NCBI GenBank assembly: GCA_024762935.1 | Contig: JANTGK010000001.1 | Span: 6,101 to 70,100, forward strand | DNA: 64,000 bases | Origin: Candidatus Peregrinibacteria bacterium | GTDB taxonomy: Bacteria; Patescibacteriota; Gracilibacteria; CAIRYL01; GCA-016699755 | Direction of reading: 5' to 3' | Part shown: in pieces, positions 36,555 to 46,961 of the stretch | Position numbering within the stretch: position 1 is the first letter of the stretch | How the letters are laid out: every line of letters starts with the position of its first letter | Notes under the pieces: generated by a model | What the model saw: only the letters and a program-made list of their open reading frames with translations | Told to the model about the DNA's origin: nothing | Database searches by the model: none | Translations under genes and position numbers: made by a program

Positions 36555-37556
36555 CTAGCTTTTTTTTGGTGGATGTTTTGCCGCAAACTCTGCTGTATTT
36601 TTGAGCATTTCTACGCATAGAACCGGATGTTTTCCAGCAGCCGTTTCATCAGAAAGCATGACATAATCTGCTCCCTGCCAAACGGCAGTTGCAATATCCG
36701 TTACTTCAGCACGATGTGGTCGATTTTCGGTTTTCATAGATCGAAGGAGTCCAGTGGCGACAATAGCAAAAGTATTTGGGATTTGTTTTATGTCACCTAA
36801 GAGTTTTCTCTGTACAACGGGGATATGATGAATAGGGATTTCAACTCCCAAATCACCACGAGCAATCATAATGCCGTCAGCTTCTCGAGCAATACTTTTG
36901 AAATTTCGAAGTCCTTCTTCATTTTCTATTTTTGCAGCAATTTCTACTCCTTCCCCAGAAAGTTCTCGAGCTTTTCGTATATCTTTTGATGTTCGAGCAA
37001 ACGAAAGGGCAACCATATCAACTCCTGCTTCTTTTCCAAAAGCGAGTGCTTTTTCATCCTCTTTGGTAATAGTGGGGAGTTTTACTCGAATTCCGGGGAG
37101 GTTTATATGTCGCCTTGAACCCAGTTCTCCATCTGAAAGGATATTTACAACAATGCTGTTCTGGTGAATCGATGTGACCATTCCTGAAAATTGCCCATTG
37201 TCAAACATGATGATGTCATCAAGTTTTACTGATCGTGGCAATTCAAGATATGTGCAAAAAATCATCTGCTTATCAGGATTTTGTGCTTGCTCTTTATTGA
37301 TGAGCGTAAGCCGATCCCCCTTTTTTAGGAGAATTGGTTTTTTGAAAATTCCGGTTCGTATTTCAGGCCCCTTTGTGTCGAGCATTATCTTCGTTTCTTT
37401 TTTGAGATTCCGAAGAGCTTGAATCTGTTTTTTATGCCAAGACAAATCGCCATGAGAAAAATTCAATCGAAAAATATCAACACCTGCATTTTGGAGTTCT
37501 TGGAGTATATTTTCTGAAGATGGTCCGACAGTAGCAATGATTTTAGAGGCTTTCAT
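36555..37556 (-). CDS. pyk: pyruvate kinase lacking the C-terminal domain
   Basis: 333 aa. KIIATVGPSS, FRLNFSHG, MIARGDLGVEIP and MLSDETAAGK are all present. It ends soon after the A domain, 38 nt from the convergent nadA stop. Confidence 0.85.
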   Translation of the reverse strand: MKASKIIATVGPSSENILQELQNAGVDIFRLNFSHGDLSWHKKQIQALRNLKKETKIMLDTKGPEIRTGIFKKPILLKKGDRLTLINKEQAQNPDKQMIFCTYLELPRSVKLDDIIMFDNGQFSGMVTSIHQNSIVVNILSDGELGSRRHINLPGIRVKLPTITKEDEKALAFGKEAGVDMVALSFARTSKDIRKARELSGEGVEIAAKIENEEGLRNFKSIAREADGIMIARGDLGVEIPIHHIPVVQRKLLGDIKQIPNTFAIVATGLLRSMKTENRPHRAEVTDIATAVWQGADYVMLSDETAAGKHPVLCVEMLKNTAEFAAKHPPKKS

Positions 37557-37599
37557 GAGAAAGAAAAAAGAAATTATTATTTATAATGTATCTGTTCTT

Positions 37600-40590
37600 T
37601 TATGTTTCGGAATAAATACTCCATTTTGAAGATAGAGTACTTCCGAGCATATGATACGGGATATCCTCTGCAAGAATCAATCCATCACGGGAAATATTAA
37701 TAAACATTTTCTGTTTTGGGTCTACAAGTCCTGATATTGACCATTCTTTATAAAATGCGTCAGTAAAGGAAATCATGTTGCCTTTCATCTTCATGGGAAT
37801 ATCTTTGAATTTATTTGGAATGTCGGTTGAATCTCCCTTTATTCCTGATTGAGTGAAGAGCCCACGTAATTCTTTTCGCGCCTCTTCTTCTTCTGTGAAT
37901 TCTTCGTATACTTCATGAACGATGTCTTCAAGATCTTCTAAGGAGTTACCTATAATTGATTTATCAATATTTAGGAATTGTAGATGGGAAATATTTTTTG
38001 TTTTTGTGTTCAACACAAAAGATATTGCATCAGATGTAAATGCATTTGGGTGTGCCTTTTTTATTAAAACTTCATTCTCTGAGAGCATAGAGATATCCGG
38101 AAGAGTTGTAGAGAACCCCTTGTTTGCGAGTTCTGCTAATGTAAGTCTCCTTGTGACATCTATGACAAGTGGATCAATTCCAGCAAGGGGGTCTTCTTCT
38201 GTAATTTGCCATGTTTCTTGTAATTGTTGTGTTACTTCTTCTAGTGTGGATGATTTTGTAAGTGCTCGTTCTTTGCGTATAGAGCGTACAGCATCATTGA
38301 GATCAGCGAGGAGGATTTCATCAGGAATCACCAGTTTTTCATTTCTGATTTCTATATTTCGAATAACTTTTTCTACTGGAAGGTATTCTGCCTGGAATAT
38401 GGTTCCATCAGGCATTTTTGCTTCAGTAATTTCTACTGTTCGTGCTTTATCATCATCGTCTCCAAGCATAGATATAATAATAAGTTTTTCTTGAGAGAAA
38501 TCTTCAAGGATTCTTTCTGTAAGACTCATATCGTCGTAAGGGTCAATCTCTTCGGGTTGTTGGACTGATTGTTCTTCCATAAAGAGTAACTGTGCTTCAT
38601 GGATTTGTTTTATTTTATTTTCTGCCTCTATTTTTTTTGCAATGAGTCCTTGAAATTTTTCTTCTGACATGATTCCTTGTTCTCGATAGATATCATTTTT
38701 TGTCTGAAGGGTTTCTTGCTTATCCTTGAGTATTTGGTATGAGGCGAAGAGTTTTGCGTTTGGTTTTGTCTCCAGAAAAAGATTGTTTACTCCTAGAACT
38801 TCTTCTACTCGATTAAAATTTGATTTTTGAAGGAAGTTTTCGGCCGTTTCAAGATTTCGTTCAATAATTTCTAATCCTGTAATCATTTTTTTCTCTTCCT
38901 CATCTTCCCATTGGAGTGCGAGTTTATCTAAATTTGTGGCAGCACTAAAAATGGTGTGTGTGATTTGGTTCATATTTTTTCGCATGAGGTCTGCAATGAT
39001 CTCTCGATATATTTCTAATAATTTTTTATTCTCTTTTGTTCGTTTTTCCGATTCCCAATTTTTAACTATCTCATTGGCTACTTCATCTGCAAGTGTTACC
39101 TCACGTTTTTTGAGAGAGTCTTCTAAGAGGGAAAGAAGGGTCTGTGCTATATGGATATCGATATCCCTCATTCCGTTTCTTTTTTTTGCCTCTGTAATAA
39201 TGTGACTTATGTTTCGAATGACTCGTGTATCAGGTGGTGTTATATTTGCTAGATAGAGGGAGGAGTCTATGACATCATCGGGAGCCTCTTTCGTAGTGAT
39301 GCCGTAAGCGTTATTAATAAATATATATTCGTCAATAAAGGCTGATTTTCGTTTCTCTTGCTCCTGCTGAAAATTATTCTGTATTTTTTTTGGGAAAAAG
39401 GTAAGGTGTTCTTTGAGTGATGTCATTATTCCATTGCCTTCGAGGTGAAGTTTTTTATGAGTTGTTGCTGATTCATATTGACTCGTAATAAGTCTATTAT
39501 CAAAAAGAATATTTTCTTTGACCCATTGATTTTCTTCTGCTGATTTGAGATGGAGTTCTTTTTTTAACTTTGAGAAATGGAGATTTGGAAGTGTGGAAGG
39601 AATTCCCCCTATAGAGAATGTTATTTCTCTCTTTGGTGGCACTGCCATAAGAGTTTTTTCTGGATTCTTTAGGGACCAAATCTTCCCAAATAGAGGGTGT
39701 CTATACGCTGAAACGGTAATCTTATTGTTATCTCGAGAAAATTCTGCTGATGTTCCCCTCGGGTAGAAGGTAGCATTTTCATACCTGATTTCACTTCGTT
39801 CCTGTGAATATACCCATATATCTCCTGCTGTATGTGTAATAATCGGGAAAGGTTGTATTTGTTCAATTTTTATCTCCGCCCCTTCTTCCATGCGAATCAT
39901 CGAAGAATCAAAAAAGGTTATTTCTGCCCTTCCTTCTCTGACCTTGATGCGTTCTCCTCCAAATATTGCTTGGGTATGAGAAACGAGAAAGGTTTCATTT
40001 GAGACAAGGGTTATGGCAGTTTTTTTATTGGATTTTATTGAATTTGGAAGGTGTCCCCACTGCATATCTTTTTTCTCTGATGCGGAATAAATAGTCAGGA
40101 AGATGAGAGAGATTCCAATGATAATAGATATGATGATGTGAATTATTCTTCGTAGGTTTCCACTTCCCTTATCGTCTGATCCTTGCATTGAAAATTCATT
40201 TTCAGGCTTATGATTAGCATTTTGGTTTTGTGAATCTTCAAGAATATTTTGCAGGGTTTGGAGAGTTTCTGTTTCATCTGATGATTCTCTTTCTTGTTTG
40301 TCTTCAAGTCCTAAAATTTGGTTCTCAGAAAGATTCCCTAATTTGGAAGCAATACTTGATTCTGATTGTGTAGCAATCTCATTGTTTTCTGTCTGTATTG
40401 AGATTCCTTCACTTTTAGCAGGGGAGTCCTCTGTCTGGGGTGACTGAGGGGTATTTGACAATATTTCTTTAGATTCATTTGGTACGGGCGAAAAATCGGG
40501 TTGAGTGTTTTTAGTCTTTATTCTTTCACTTGTATTTTTATTATTTGTATTATTCCCCCCTTTTGCCGAATTATTGGTTGAATATTCCAT
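37600..40590 (-). CDS. large membrane-anchored hypothetical protein
   Basis: 996 aa. Low-complexity N/S/Q/E-rich N-terminus, one TM span (IIHIIISIIIGISLIFLTIY), a FecR-like beta segment (GRAEITFFDSSMIRMEEGAEIKI), then a long helical region. Confidence 0.7.
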   Translation of the reverse strand: MEYSTNNSAKGGNNTNNKNTSERIKTKNTQPDFSPVPNESKEILSNTPQSPQTEDSPAKSEGISIQTENNEIATQSESSIASKLGNLSENQILGLEDKQERESSDETETLQTLQNILEDSQNQNANHKPENEFSMQGSDDKGSGNLRRIIHIIISIIIGISLIFLTIYSASEKKDMQWGHLPNSIKSNKKTAITLVSNETFLVSHTQAIFGGERIKVREGRAEITFFDSSMIRMEEGAEIKIEQIQPFPIITHTAGDIWVYSQERSEIRYENATFYPRGTSAEFSRDNNKITVSAYRHPLFGKIWSLKNPEKTLMAVPPKREITFSIGGIPSTLPNLHFSKLKKELHLKSAEENQWVKENILFDNRLITSQYESATTHKKLHLEGNGIMTSLKEHLTFFPKKIQNNFQQEQEKRKSAFIDEYIFINNAYGITTKEAPDDVIDSSLYLANITPPDTRVIRNISHIITEAKKRNGMRDIDIHIAQTLLSLLEDSLKKREVTLADEVANEIVKNWESEKRTKENKKLLEIYREIIADLMRKNMNQITHTIFSAATNLDKLALQWEDEEEKKMITGLEIIERNLETAENFLQKSNFNRVEEVLGVNNLFLETKPNAKLFASYQILKDKQETLQTKNDIYREQGIMSEEKFQGLIAKKIEAENKIKQIHEAQLLFMEEQSVQQPEEIDPYDDMSLTERILEDFSQEKLIIISMLGDDDDKARTVEITEAKMPDGTIFQAEYLPVEKVIRNIEIRNEKLVIPDEILLADLNDAVRSIRKERALTKSSTLEEVTQQLQETWQITEEDPLAGIDPLVIDVTRRLTLAELANKGFSTTLPDISMLSENEVLIKKAHPNAFTSDAISFVLNTKTKNISHLQFLNIDKSIIGNSLEDLEDIVHEVYEEFTEEEEARKELRGLFTQSGIKGDSTDIPNKFKDIPMKMKGNMISFTDAFYKEWSISGLVDPKQKMFINISRDGLILAEDIPYHMLGSTLSSKWSIYSET

Positions 40591-40701
40591 TGCTTTATAT
40601 CTAATTATTTTACAATAAAAATACTATATAGTCAAATAATGAAGTCTTTTTTTGCAAAAAACAGTTTCCACTCTTGATGAATTACGGCAGACTTTGTGGC
40701 G

Positions 40702-42027
40702 ATGTTTTGTGATCAGACGAATGTGACGGTTTCAGCAGGAAAAGGAGGAAACGGGCTCGTTTCTTTCCGAAGGGAACGATGTATTGCTAAGGGGGGTCCA
40801 GATGGGGGGAACGGGGGACGGGGTGCAGATGTTATTGTTCGTGCAGATGAAAATATCGACACTCTTATTGATCTCCATACAAAAAAAAAGTTTGCGGCCA
40901 AAAATGGAACACCGGGTGGACCGAAAAATCAAAACGGTGCTGCAGCGCAAGACCTTATAATTCATGTTCCGGTCGGAACACAGGTGTATCGTGCTGATAC
41001 ACATGAAATACTAGCAGATCTTCAATTGCATAATGATGAATGTATTGCCGCTGTTGGTGGAAGAGGAGGTTTTGGAAATGCACATTTTACTTCTAGTATT
41101 CGTCAAACTCCCCGATTTGCAGAGCTTGGTGAGCCAGGAGAGAGTTTTCATCTCCATTTGGAATTAAAACTTGTTGCTGATGTGGGAATAATCGGGCTTC
41201 CTAGTGCTGGAAAATCCACTTTTATTTCGTCTATAACATCTGCGCGACCCAAAGTTGGAGATTTTCCATTTACAACAATTGTCCCAAATCTTGGTGTTGC
41301 AAAACTGACGGGGTCACGATCACTTATTTTTTGTGACATGCCAGGACTTATTGAAGGCGCCAATAAGGGAAAAGGTCTCGGCCATCAGTTTTTACAGCAT
41401 GTTTCCCGAAATAGGGTCCTTATCCATCTCATTGATATTACAGCCGATAATCCTGCTCAAAATTACAGTATTGTACGGAATGAATTAGAAAAATATAATC
41501 GAGATCTTCTTCGTAAACCAGAAGTTATTGTTCTTTCTAAAGCTGATGTTTTGGGGGGTGATGAAGAACTTTGCCAGATAATCCGTAAAGAATTTGCAAT
41601 ACAAGTTGGTTGTGATTTATCTCATGTTCATGTTATATCTTCTGTAGCAAAGAGGGGAGTCGACACCCTCCTTTCAAAAGTATATGAGATGGTTTACGCA
41701 GATAAATTGAATGATCGAAAGAAAAATCCTCAAAACATTCGTGAAAAAATTGTGTTTCAGCCACATTTTGTGAAAAATCCAAAGGCATATGAAATTATGA
41801 AGGATGAAGACGAAGGTTTTCGTGTTGTGGGGAAACGTATTGAGCAAATTGTGATTCAGACAGATTTTACAAATCATGAAGCTGTATTAAGAGTGCGTGA
41901 TGTTCTTCGTAAAATGGGAATTGAATCAAAGCTAATGGAATTGGGGGCAAAAAAAGGAACACTCATTACCATTGGTAAAAAAGTTATTGATTTACAGCCA
42001 GATATCCTCCAGAAGAAACGAAAATAA
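40702..42027 (+). CDS. obg: GTPase Obg/CgtA
   Basis: MFCDQTNVTVSAGKGGNGLVSFRRE is the Obg fold. G motifs GLPSAGKST and DMPGLIEGA are present, with a C-terminal OCT-like domain. ATG 40702 is preferred over GTG 40696. Confidence 0.95.
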   Translation: MFCDQTNVTVSAGKGGNGLVSFRRERCIAKGGPDGGNGGRGADVIVRADENIDTLIDLHTKKKFAAKNGTPGGPKNQNGAAAQDLIIHVPVGTQVYRADTHEILADLQLHNDECIAAVGGRGGFGNAHFTSSIRQTPRFAELGEPGESFHLHLELKLVADVGIIGLPSAGKSTFISSITSARPKVGDFPFTTIVPNLGVAKLTGSRSLIFCDMPGLIEGANKGKGLGHQFLQHVSRNRVLIHLIDITADNPAQNYSIVRNELEKYNRDLLRKPEVIVLSKADVLGGDEELCQIIRKEFAIQVGCDLSHVHVISSVAKRGVDTLLSKVYEMVYADKLNDRKKNPQNIREKIVFQPHFVKNPKAYEIMKDEDEGFRVVGKRIEQIVIQTDFTNHEAVLRVRDVLRKMGIESKLMELGAKKGTLITIGKKVIDLQPDILQKKRK

Positions 42028-42100
42028 TTTTGGTGTATTCATATTCTGTTCATGAGACGATACAAAAAAATGAGAATCAGATGAATCAACAGACTCTTTT

Positions 42101-42109
42101 TGGTACAAT
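42101..42109 (+). promoter_or_regulatory. extended -10 element (TGGTACAAT) 6 nt upstream of the pth ATG
   Basis: TGnTACAAT at 42101-42109. ATG is at 42116 and there is no SD. Confidence 0.35.
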
Positions 42110-42115
42110 GCAATT

Positions 42116-42661
42116 ATGAAGCTTATTGTATTTCTTGGGAATCCTGGGAAGAAATATCAAAAAACTCGTCATAATACGGGCTGGCTCTGTGCGGATTTTT
42201 TACAAAAATCATGGGCTTTTCCTTCTTTTGTAGAGGAAAAAAAATTCTTTGGGGATCTTTCGGTGAAAATACAAGGAGGGGAGAAGATTTTTCTCCTGAA
42301 ACCAAAGACATTCATGAATCTTTCTGGAAAGGCAGTATTAGCCGTAATGCAATTTTTTAAAATTCCTCTTGATGATGTTCTTATCATTTTTGATGATAAA
42401 GATCAGAAATTTGGAAATATACGATTTCGTAAAAATGGTGGAGCAGGTGGGCACAATGGTATCGATAATATCCTCTCTGTTCTGGGAACAGAGGATGTTG
42501 CCCGCATTAAAATTGGTATTGATTCATTAGAAAGAACTGAATATGGCATACCTACTGCAGATTTTGTTCTCTCTGAATTTTCTCAGAATCAATATACTAG
42601 ACTTTTTCATGAGGTCTTTCTTCAGGTGGAGGAGAAGTGTCGAGACTGGATATCAAGTTAA
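42116..42661 (+). CDS. pth: peptidyl-tRNA hydrolase
   Basis: 181 aa. LIVFLGNPGKKYQKTRHNTGW and GHNG motifs. Confidence 0.95.
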   Translation: MKLIVFLGNPGKKYQKTRHNTGWLCADFLQKSWAFPSFVEEKKFFGDLSVKIQGGEKIFLLKPKTFMNLSGKAVLAVMQFFKIPLDDVLIIFDDKDQKFGNIRFRKNGGAGGHNGIDNILSVLGTEDVARIKIGIDSLERTEYGIPTADFVLSEFSQNQYTRLFHEVFLQVEEKCRDWISS

Positions 42662-42710
42662 CGCTTGTTTTAGCACCTTTTTAGTTTCCTGTTATTATAA
42701 GATATATATT

Positions 42711-43361
42711 ATGAGGATGACCAAAAAGAAAAGAGCTGCAGAAGTTCTTCGGCGTCTTGAGATACAGTTTCCTGATGCACATTGTGAGCTTAATTTTAAC
42801 AATACGTTTGAATTGTTCGTAGCTGTTCAACTGTCAGCACAATGTACTGATGCACGGGTAAATATTACTACCCCTGCTCTTTTTCAAAGGGTACAGAATT
42901 GGAAAGATCTCGCAACGATTTCACAGAATGAACTTGAGCAACTTATTTATTCAACAGGATTCTATCGAAATAAGGCGAAGAACCTTCGGAGAGCAGCCAA
43001 AATGATACTGAACCAGTATTCTGGTGAACTTCCTGTTTCGATTCAGGAGATGGTGAAAATTCCTGGAGTGGCACGAAAAACAGCAAATGTTGTTTTGGAA
43101 ACTGGTTTTGGGGTTGTTGAGGGGATAGTCGTTGATACCCATGTAAAAAGAATTTCTACACTTTTAGGGTTTACAAAAAATAGTATTCCAGAAAAAATTG
43201 AGAAGGATCTTATGAAGTTGTATCCGAAACAAGAATGGGGGAAGATTGGACATCTCTATGTTTGGCATGGTCGACGAACCTGTATTGCACGAAGACCTGA
43301 TTGTCAGCATTGCGTATTGGCAGATATTTGTCCAAAGAGTTTTATTTCAGCACACCTTTAG
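42711..43361 (+). CDS. nth: endonuclease III
   Basis: The start is trimmed to MRMTKKK at 42711. HhH motif IPGVARKTANVVL and a C-terminal 4-Cys cluster CIARRPDCQHCVLADIC. Confidence 0.9.
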   Translation: MRMTKKKRAAEVLRRLEIQFPDAHCELNFNNTFELFVAVQLSAQCTDARVNITTPALFQRVQNWKDLATISQNELEQLIYSTGFYRNKAKNLRRAAKMILNQYSGELPVSIQEMVKIPGVARKTANVVLETGFGVVEGIVVDTHVKRISTLLGFTKNSIPEKIEKDLMKLYPKQEWGKIGHLYVWHGRRTCIARRPDCQHCVLADICPKSFISAHL

Positions 43362-43364
43362 TTT

Positions 43365-44339
43365 TTACCATTTTTTTTCAATGAGAGCTTCGATTGCAAT
43401 TGGTGGAACAATTCGTTTTATTCTATTCTTTTTCTGATATATGAGTTTCCTGCTTTGAAAATATCTTTCCAGAGCTTCAGGAGCAATAAAAAAAGACATA
43501 CAGTCACGAATAATACTTTTGTAGTTTTTCGCAAATTTTTCTGAATGAGAAAAATATTTTGAGAAATTTTTTGTTATGAGCACTCGTAGTCCATACAGAG
43601 AATTAGATTTTTCTTTCCTCGACCTAAAAATATTTTCCGGACCTTTATAATCTTGCCACATTAAAGCTTTTGGAATGAGAAGACATTTTTCTCCTACCCA
43701 TCTGAGACGGTAACTAATATCGACATCATCTTTCTTTTGTAAGAGGCTATCGAAATATTCACCACCATGTTCAATTTTTTCAAGAGCAGATCTTCGAAAG
43801 ATTATTCCAGCATTTGAACCGCCAAATACTTCTTGGATTTTATTGTATATTTCTTTGTCTCTTTTCCCATATCCTCTGTGAAAAAAATCTTGTCCCCTCG
43901 CCATACCAATTCCAAGAGAACCAATAATATTCGTCATTTTTTTTCTTCTGAAATTCCATTTTTTAACTTTTGGAGTTCCAAATCCATATTCTGGATTTTG
44001 CTCCATAACTGTTACCAGTTCTTGCAAAAAATGAGGAGAATAAATCGAATTTTGACTAAGGCATACATAATATTTACCTGTCATTTTTTCTATAATTTTG
44101 TTGTGTCCTCCTGAATGATATGAGTTGAATGCTTTTTCTATAATCACATTTTTTCTTCTCATTTTCTCTTCAAACCTGGCATTTAAGTATTCTGAAATTT
44201 CAAATCTTTTGGATTGGTCTCGAATATAAAATTCTATTTCCCCATCAAATTTTTGTTCAAGAAGCGTACCAATTGAATACTCAAGGTGTCCGAGATTCCT
44301 TGTAAGAACGAGTCCAATAGTAATTTTAGGCAAATTCAT
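43365..44339 (-). CDS. family 2 glycosyltransferase
   Basis: 324 aa. The N-terminal Rossmann-like segment ITIGLVLTRNLGHLEYSIGTLLEQ is typical of GT2 enzymes. Confidence 0.7.
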   Translation of the reverse strand: MNLPKITIGLVLTRNLGHLEYSIGTLLEQKFDGEIEFYIRDQSKRFEISEYLNARFEEKMRRKNVIIEKAFNSYHSGGHNKIIEKMTGKYYVCLSQNSIYSPHFLQELVTVMEQNPEYGFGTPKVKKWNFRRKKMTNIIGSLGIGMARGQDFFHRGYGKRDKEIYNKIQEVFGGSNAGIIFRRSALEKIEHGGEYFDSLLQKKDDVDISYRLRWVGEKCLLIPKALMWQDYKGPENIFRSRKEKSNSLYGLRVLITKNFSKYFSHSEKFAKNYKSIIRDCMSFFIAPEALERYFQSRKLIYQKKNRIKRIVPPIAIEALIEKKW

Positions 44340-44454
44340 AGAAACTTTTTTCGGAGTGGAAAATGTTTAATTATATTATTATACAATATTATCAATATAT
44401 AATAAAGTAAAAAATATTTTGCGATTCTTTTGAAAATACGAAATCATATACTTC

Positions 44455-45732
44455 ATGAATGATGTTTTTCACATTACTGGAAACAAAAAACTCACTGGAG
44501 AAGTTCAAATCTCTGGCTCGAAAAATGCAGCTCTTCCTATTCTTGCTGCATCTCTTGGTATTGGTGGAGTTTCTCACATAGAAAATGTACCAAATATTTC
44601 AGATGTTCAAAGATTTTTTTCTTTGATAGAAGGCTTCGGAGGAAAAATTCAAAGAAATGGAAAAAACGTACAAATAGATACATCAGAAATCTTCTTTTCT
44701 GGTGAGATTGTTCACCCGGATGTTCAAGTGATGAGAGCAAGTATTCTTTTTCTCGCTCCACTTCTTTCTCGGTTTGGAGAGGTGAAAATGCCTTTTCCGG
44801 GAGGTTGTGTTCTCGGAAAACGCTCTGCTGATGCCCATCTTCGAGCATTTGTTTCGCTTGGTGCAGAGGTAGTAGACTCTCAGGATTATCTCCATCTTCG
44901 TTTACCAAAAGGAGTATTTACTCCAGGGACAATTGTGTTGCCGGAAATTTCTGTAACAGCGACTGAGAATGCCATTGTTGCTGCCTCATTTACGGATGGT
45001 ATTACTGATATTCGTCTTGCTGCTGCAGAGCCACATGTTCAGAATTTATGTGAGTTCCTTGAGTCTGCAGGGGTGATTGTTGAGGGGAAGGGGACTCATT
45101 TTTTACGTATTCATGGAGTTTCTTCTGCTACAAGAGCTAAAGGAGTGGTCGTTCCTGACTATCTTGAGGCTGGAACATTTCTCCTTGCAGGAATATTAAC
45201 TGATTCCGAAATTTCTATTGAGAATATTATTCCCTCACATCTCGATTCTTTTCTTGAGAAACTGTGTGAAATAGGTGCTCATATTGTGATTGATGAAAAA
45301 AATCTTTCTGTACGTACTCTGCAAAGGAAAGGAGATTTTTTGGCCACCACTATTCAAACAGGTGTCTTTCCGAAGTTTCCAACAGATCTCCATCCTCAAT
45401 TTGGAGTTCTTATGACACAGTGTGTTGGCACATCACGAATTTTTGAGACACTCTTTGAAAGAAAATTTGCATATCTTTTGGAACTAGAAAAGCTTGGAGC
45501 TGATGTAAATATTCTTAATCCGCATGAATTTCTTATTCATGGGCCAAAGAAATTGTCTGGTGCTCCAGTTGCTAGTCAAGATATTAGAGCAGGTGCCGCT
45601 ATTCTTTTGGCAGCCCTAATAGCAGAAGGAGAAACGGAAATATCAAATATTCATTACATAGATCGCGGGTATGAAGGATTGGAGCAAAAATTACATAGTT
45701 TAGGGGCTGACATTTTTCGTGAGAAGCGTTAA
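44455..45732 (+). CDS. murA: UDP-N-acetylglucosamine 1-carboxyvinyltransferase
   Basis: 425 aa. ISGSKNAALPILAASL and the active-site region PGGCVLGKRSADAHL. Confidence 0.95.
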   Translation: MNDVFHITGNKKLTGEVQISGSKNAALPILAASLGIGGVSHIENVPNISDVQRFFSLIEGFGGKIQRNGKNVQIDTSEIFFSGEIVHPDVQVMRASILFLAPLLSRFGEVKMPFPGGCVLGKRSADAHLRAFVSLGAEVVDSQDYLHLRLPKGVFTPGTIVLPEISVTATENAIVAASFTDGITDIRLAAAEPHVQNLCEFLESAGVIVEGKGTHFLRIHGVSSATRAKGVVVPDYLEAGTFLLAGILTDSEISIENIIPSHLDSFLEKLCEIGAHIVIDEKNLSVRTLQRKGDFLATTIQTGVFPKFPTDLHPQFGVLMTQCVGTSRIFETLFERKFAYLLELEKLGADVNILNPHEFLIHGPKKLSGAPVASQDIRAGAAILLAALIAEGETEISNIHYIDRGYEGLEQKLHSLGADIFREKR

Positions 45733-45756
45733 GATAAGACACGATTTTTTTATTTC

Positions 45757-46257
45757 ATGAAAGTACAGCTTACAGAGGGCTCTCCGGTTTTATCAGTAAA
45801 AGCAGTTCAAGTAACTGTTCTCTTGGGAAAAAAAGTACTTATTCAGTCTCAGTCATCACAAGAAATAGATTGGCCAGGTGAATATGAAGTCTCAGGGGTA
45901 ACAGTACGGTCTTTTGCAGTAAAAAATAATCTTGCATTTTTACTTGCACTCGATGGTGTGCGAATCTTTTTTCCTCCACAGAATAGTCTTGAATCTGCTG
46001 AGGAAGAACTAAAAAAGATTGGCAATATTGAAGTTGTATATGTGGCGGGAGATTCTTCTTCATGGTCTGCAAAGGACTGGAAAAAATTTTTAGAAGAAGT
46101 TGACTGCCCCCTTGTTCTCTTTGGGGAAGGAGGAGAAAAAACAAAAGCTATTCAAAAGGAAATGAGTATTTCTGATATTGAGGGTAATAGTGAAATTACT
46201 ATTTCTTATAATTCTCTTCCTTCTGATAAAACAAAATATGTTTCACTCGTTTCATAG
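45757..46257 (+). CDS. hypothetical protein
   Basis: 166-aa ORF tightly following murA. No motif recognised. Confidence 0.5.
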   Translation: MKVQLTEGSPVLSVKAVQVTVLLGKKVLIQSQSSQEIDWPGEYEVSGVTVRSFAVKNNLAFLLALDGVRIFFPPQNSLESAEEELKKIGNIEVVYVAGDSSSWSAKDWKKFLEEVDCPLVLFGEGGEKTKAIQKEMSISDIEGNSEITISYNSLPSDKTKYVSLVS

Positions 46258-46328
46258 ATAGGGGGAAGGAGTATTGATATGGGCCCATCTTCTTGAGTAT
46301 TTTGTATTTTCGTTTTACTGGTTTGCAT

Positions 46329-46403
46329 ACCCCTGTAGTTCAATGGATAGAATAAGGTCCTCCTAAGACTTAGATCCAGGTTCGACTCCCGGCAGGGGTA
46401 CCA
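46329..46403 (+). tRNA. tRNA-Arg (anticodon CCU), CCA encoded
   Basis: Hand-folded. Acceptor ACCCCTG/CAGGGGT, D arm GTTC-AATGGATA-GAAT, anticodon arm AGGTC-CTCCTAA-GACTT, 4-nt variable loop, T arm CCAGG-TTCGACT-CCCGG (one A-C mismatch), discriminator A, and CCA at 46401-46403. Confidence 0.85.
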
Positions 46404-46490
46404 TTGTTTCCTCAATCTTTACACAACTGGATAGAAATTTGTATTGAAGGATGAATCTTGATGTGGAAGATAGATTTTATCTTTGTTTTT

Positions 46491-46961
46491 TTATTCTTTT
46501 TCGTTGAAAACCTCTTCTGTTACATTGCGACATACAGAATACGAGAATCCTTTTGTCATAAGATGGCGATATATTCTTTCTTTCTTTTTTTGAAGAGGCA
46601 TTGTATTTACCAAGGAAAGAAATTTTTTTTTTGCAAAGGATTTTGCAATGACATCTTCGTTAATTTCTTTTTTTTGCAAAACATCTTCTATAATTTCAGA
46701 TAATACCCCTTTTTTTTTGAGGATATTTCTTAGCATAGAAATGCTCTTTGGTGAAATTGTTTGCTGATAATCAACATAGGCTTGTGCATATTCTCTGTCG
46801 TTGAGAATTTTATGTGTTTGAAAATAGAGTAATACTTCTTTAATTTTCTTCTTTTCTTTTGGAAATTTTCTTTGAAGTTTTTCTTGTAACTCATGAATAG
46901 AATGCATTCGAGATGCAAGAAGTCGTTCCGCTGAGTGAAATATACTTTTGTTTTCATTCAT
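46491..46961 (-). CDS. recX: RecX-like regulatory protein
   Basis: 156 aa. Repeated three-helix pattern with LLASRMHSIHELQEKL and ILNDREYAQAYV, typical of RecX. There is no recA nearby. Confidence 0.65.
   Translation of the reverse strand: MNENKSIFHSAERLLASRMHSIHELQEKLQRKFPKEKKKIKEVLLYFQTHKILNDREYAQAYVDYQQTISPKSISMLRNILKKKGVLSEIIEDVLQKKEINEDVIAKSFAKKKFLSLVNTMPLQKKKERIYRHLMTKGFSYSVCRNVTEEVFNEKE

Noticed and set aside
46467-46492. Weak AT-rich hairpin (AAGATA/TATCTT) plus T-run after tRNA-Arg as a terminator
   Set aside because: The stem is only 6 bp and all A/T but one, and it overlaps the recX stop. This is not strong enough to list as a feature.
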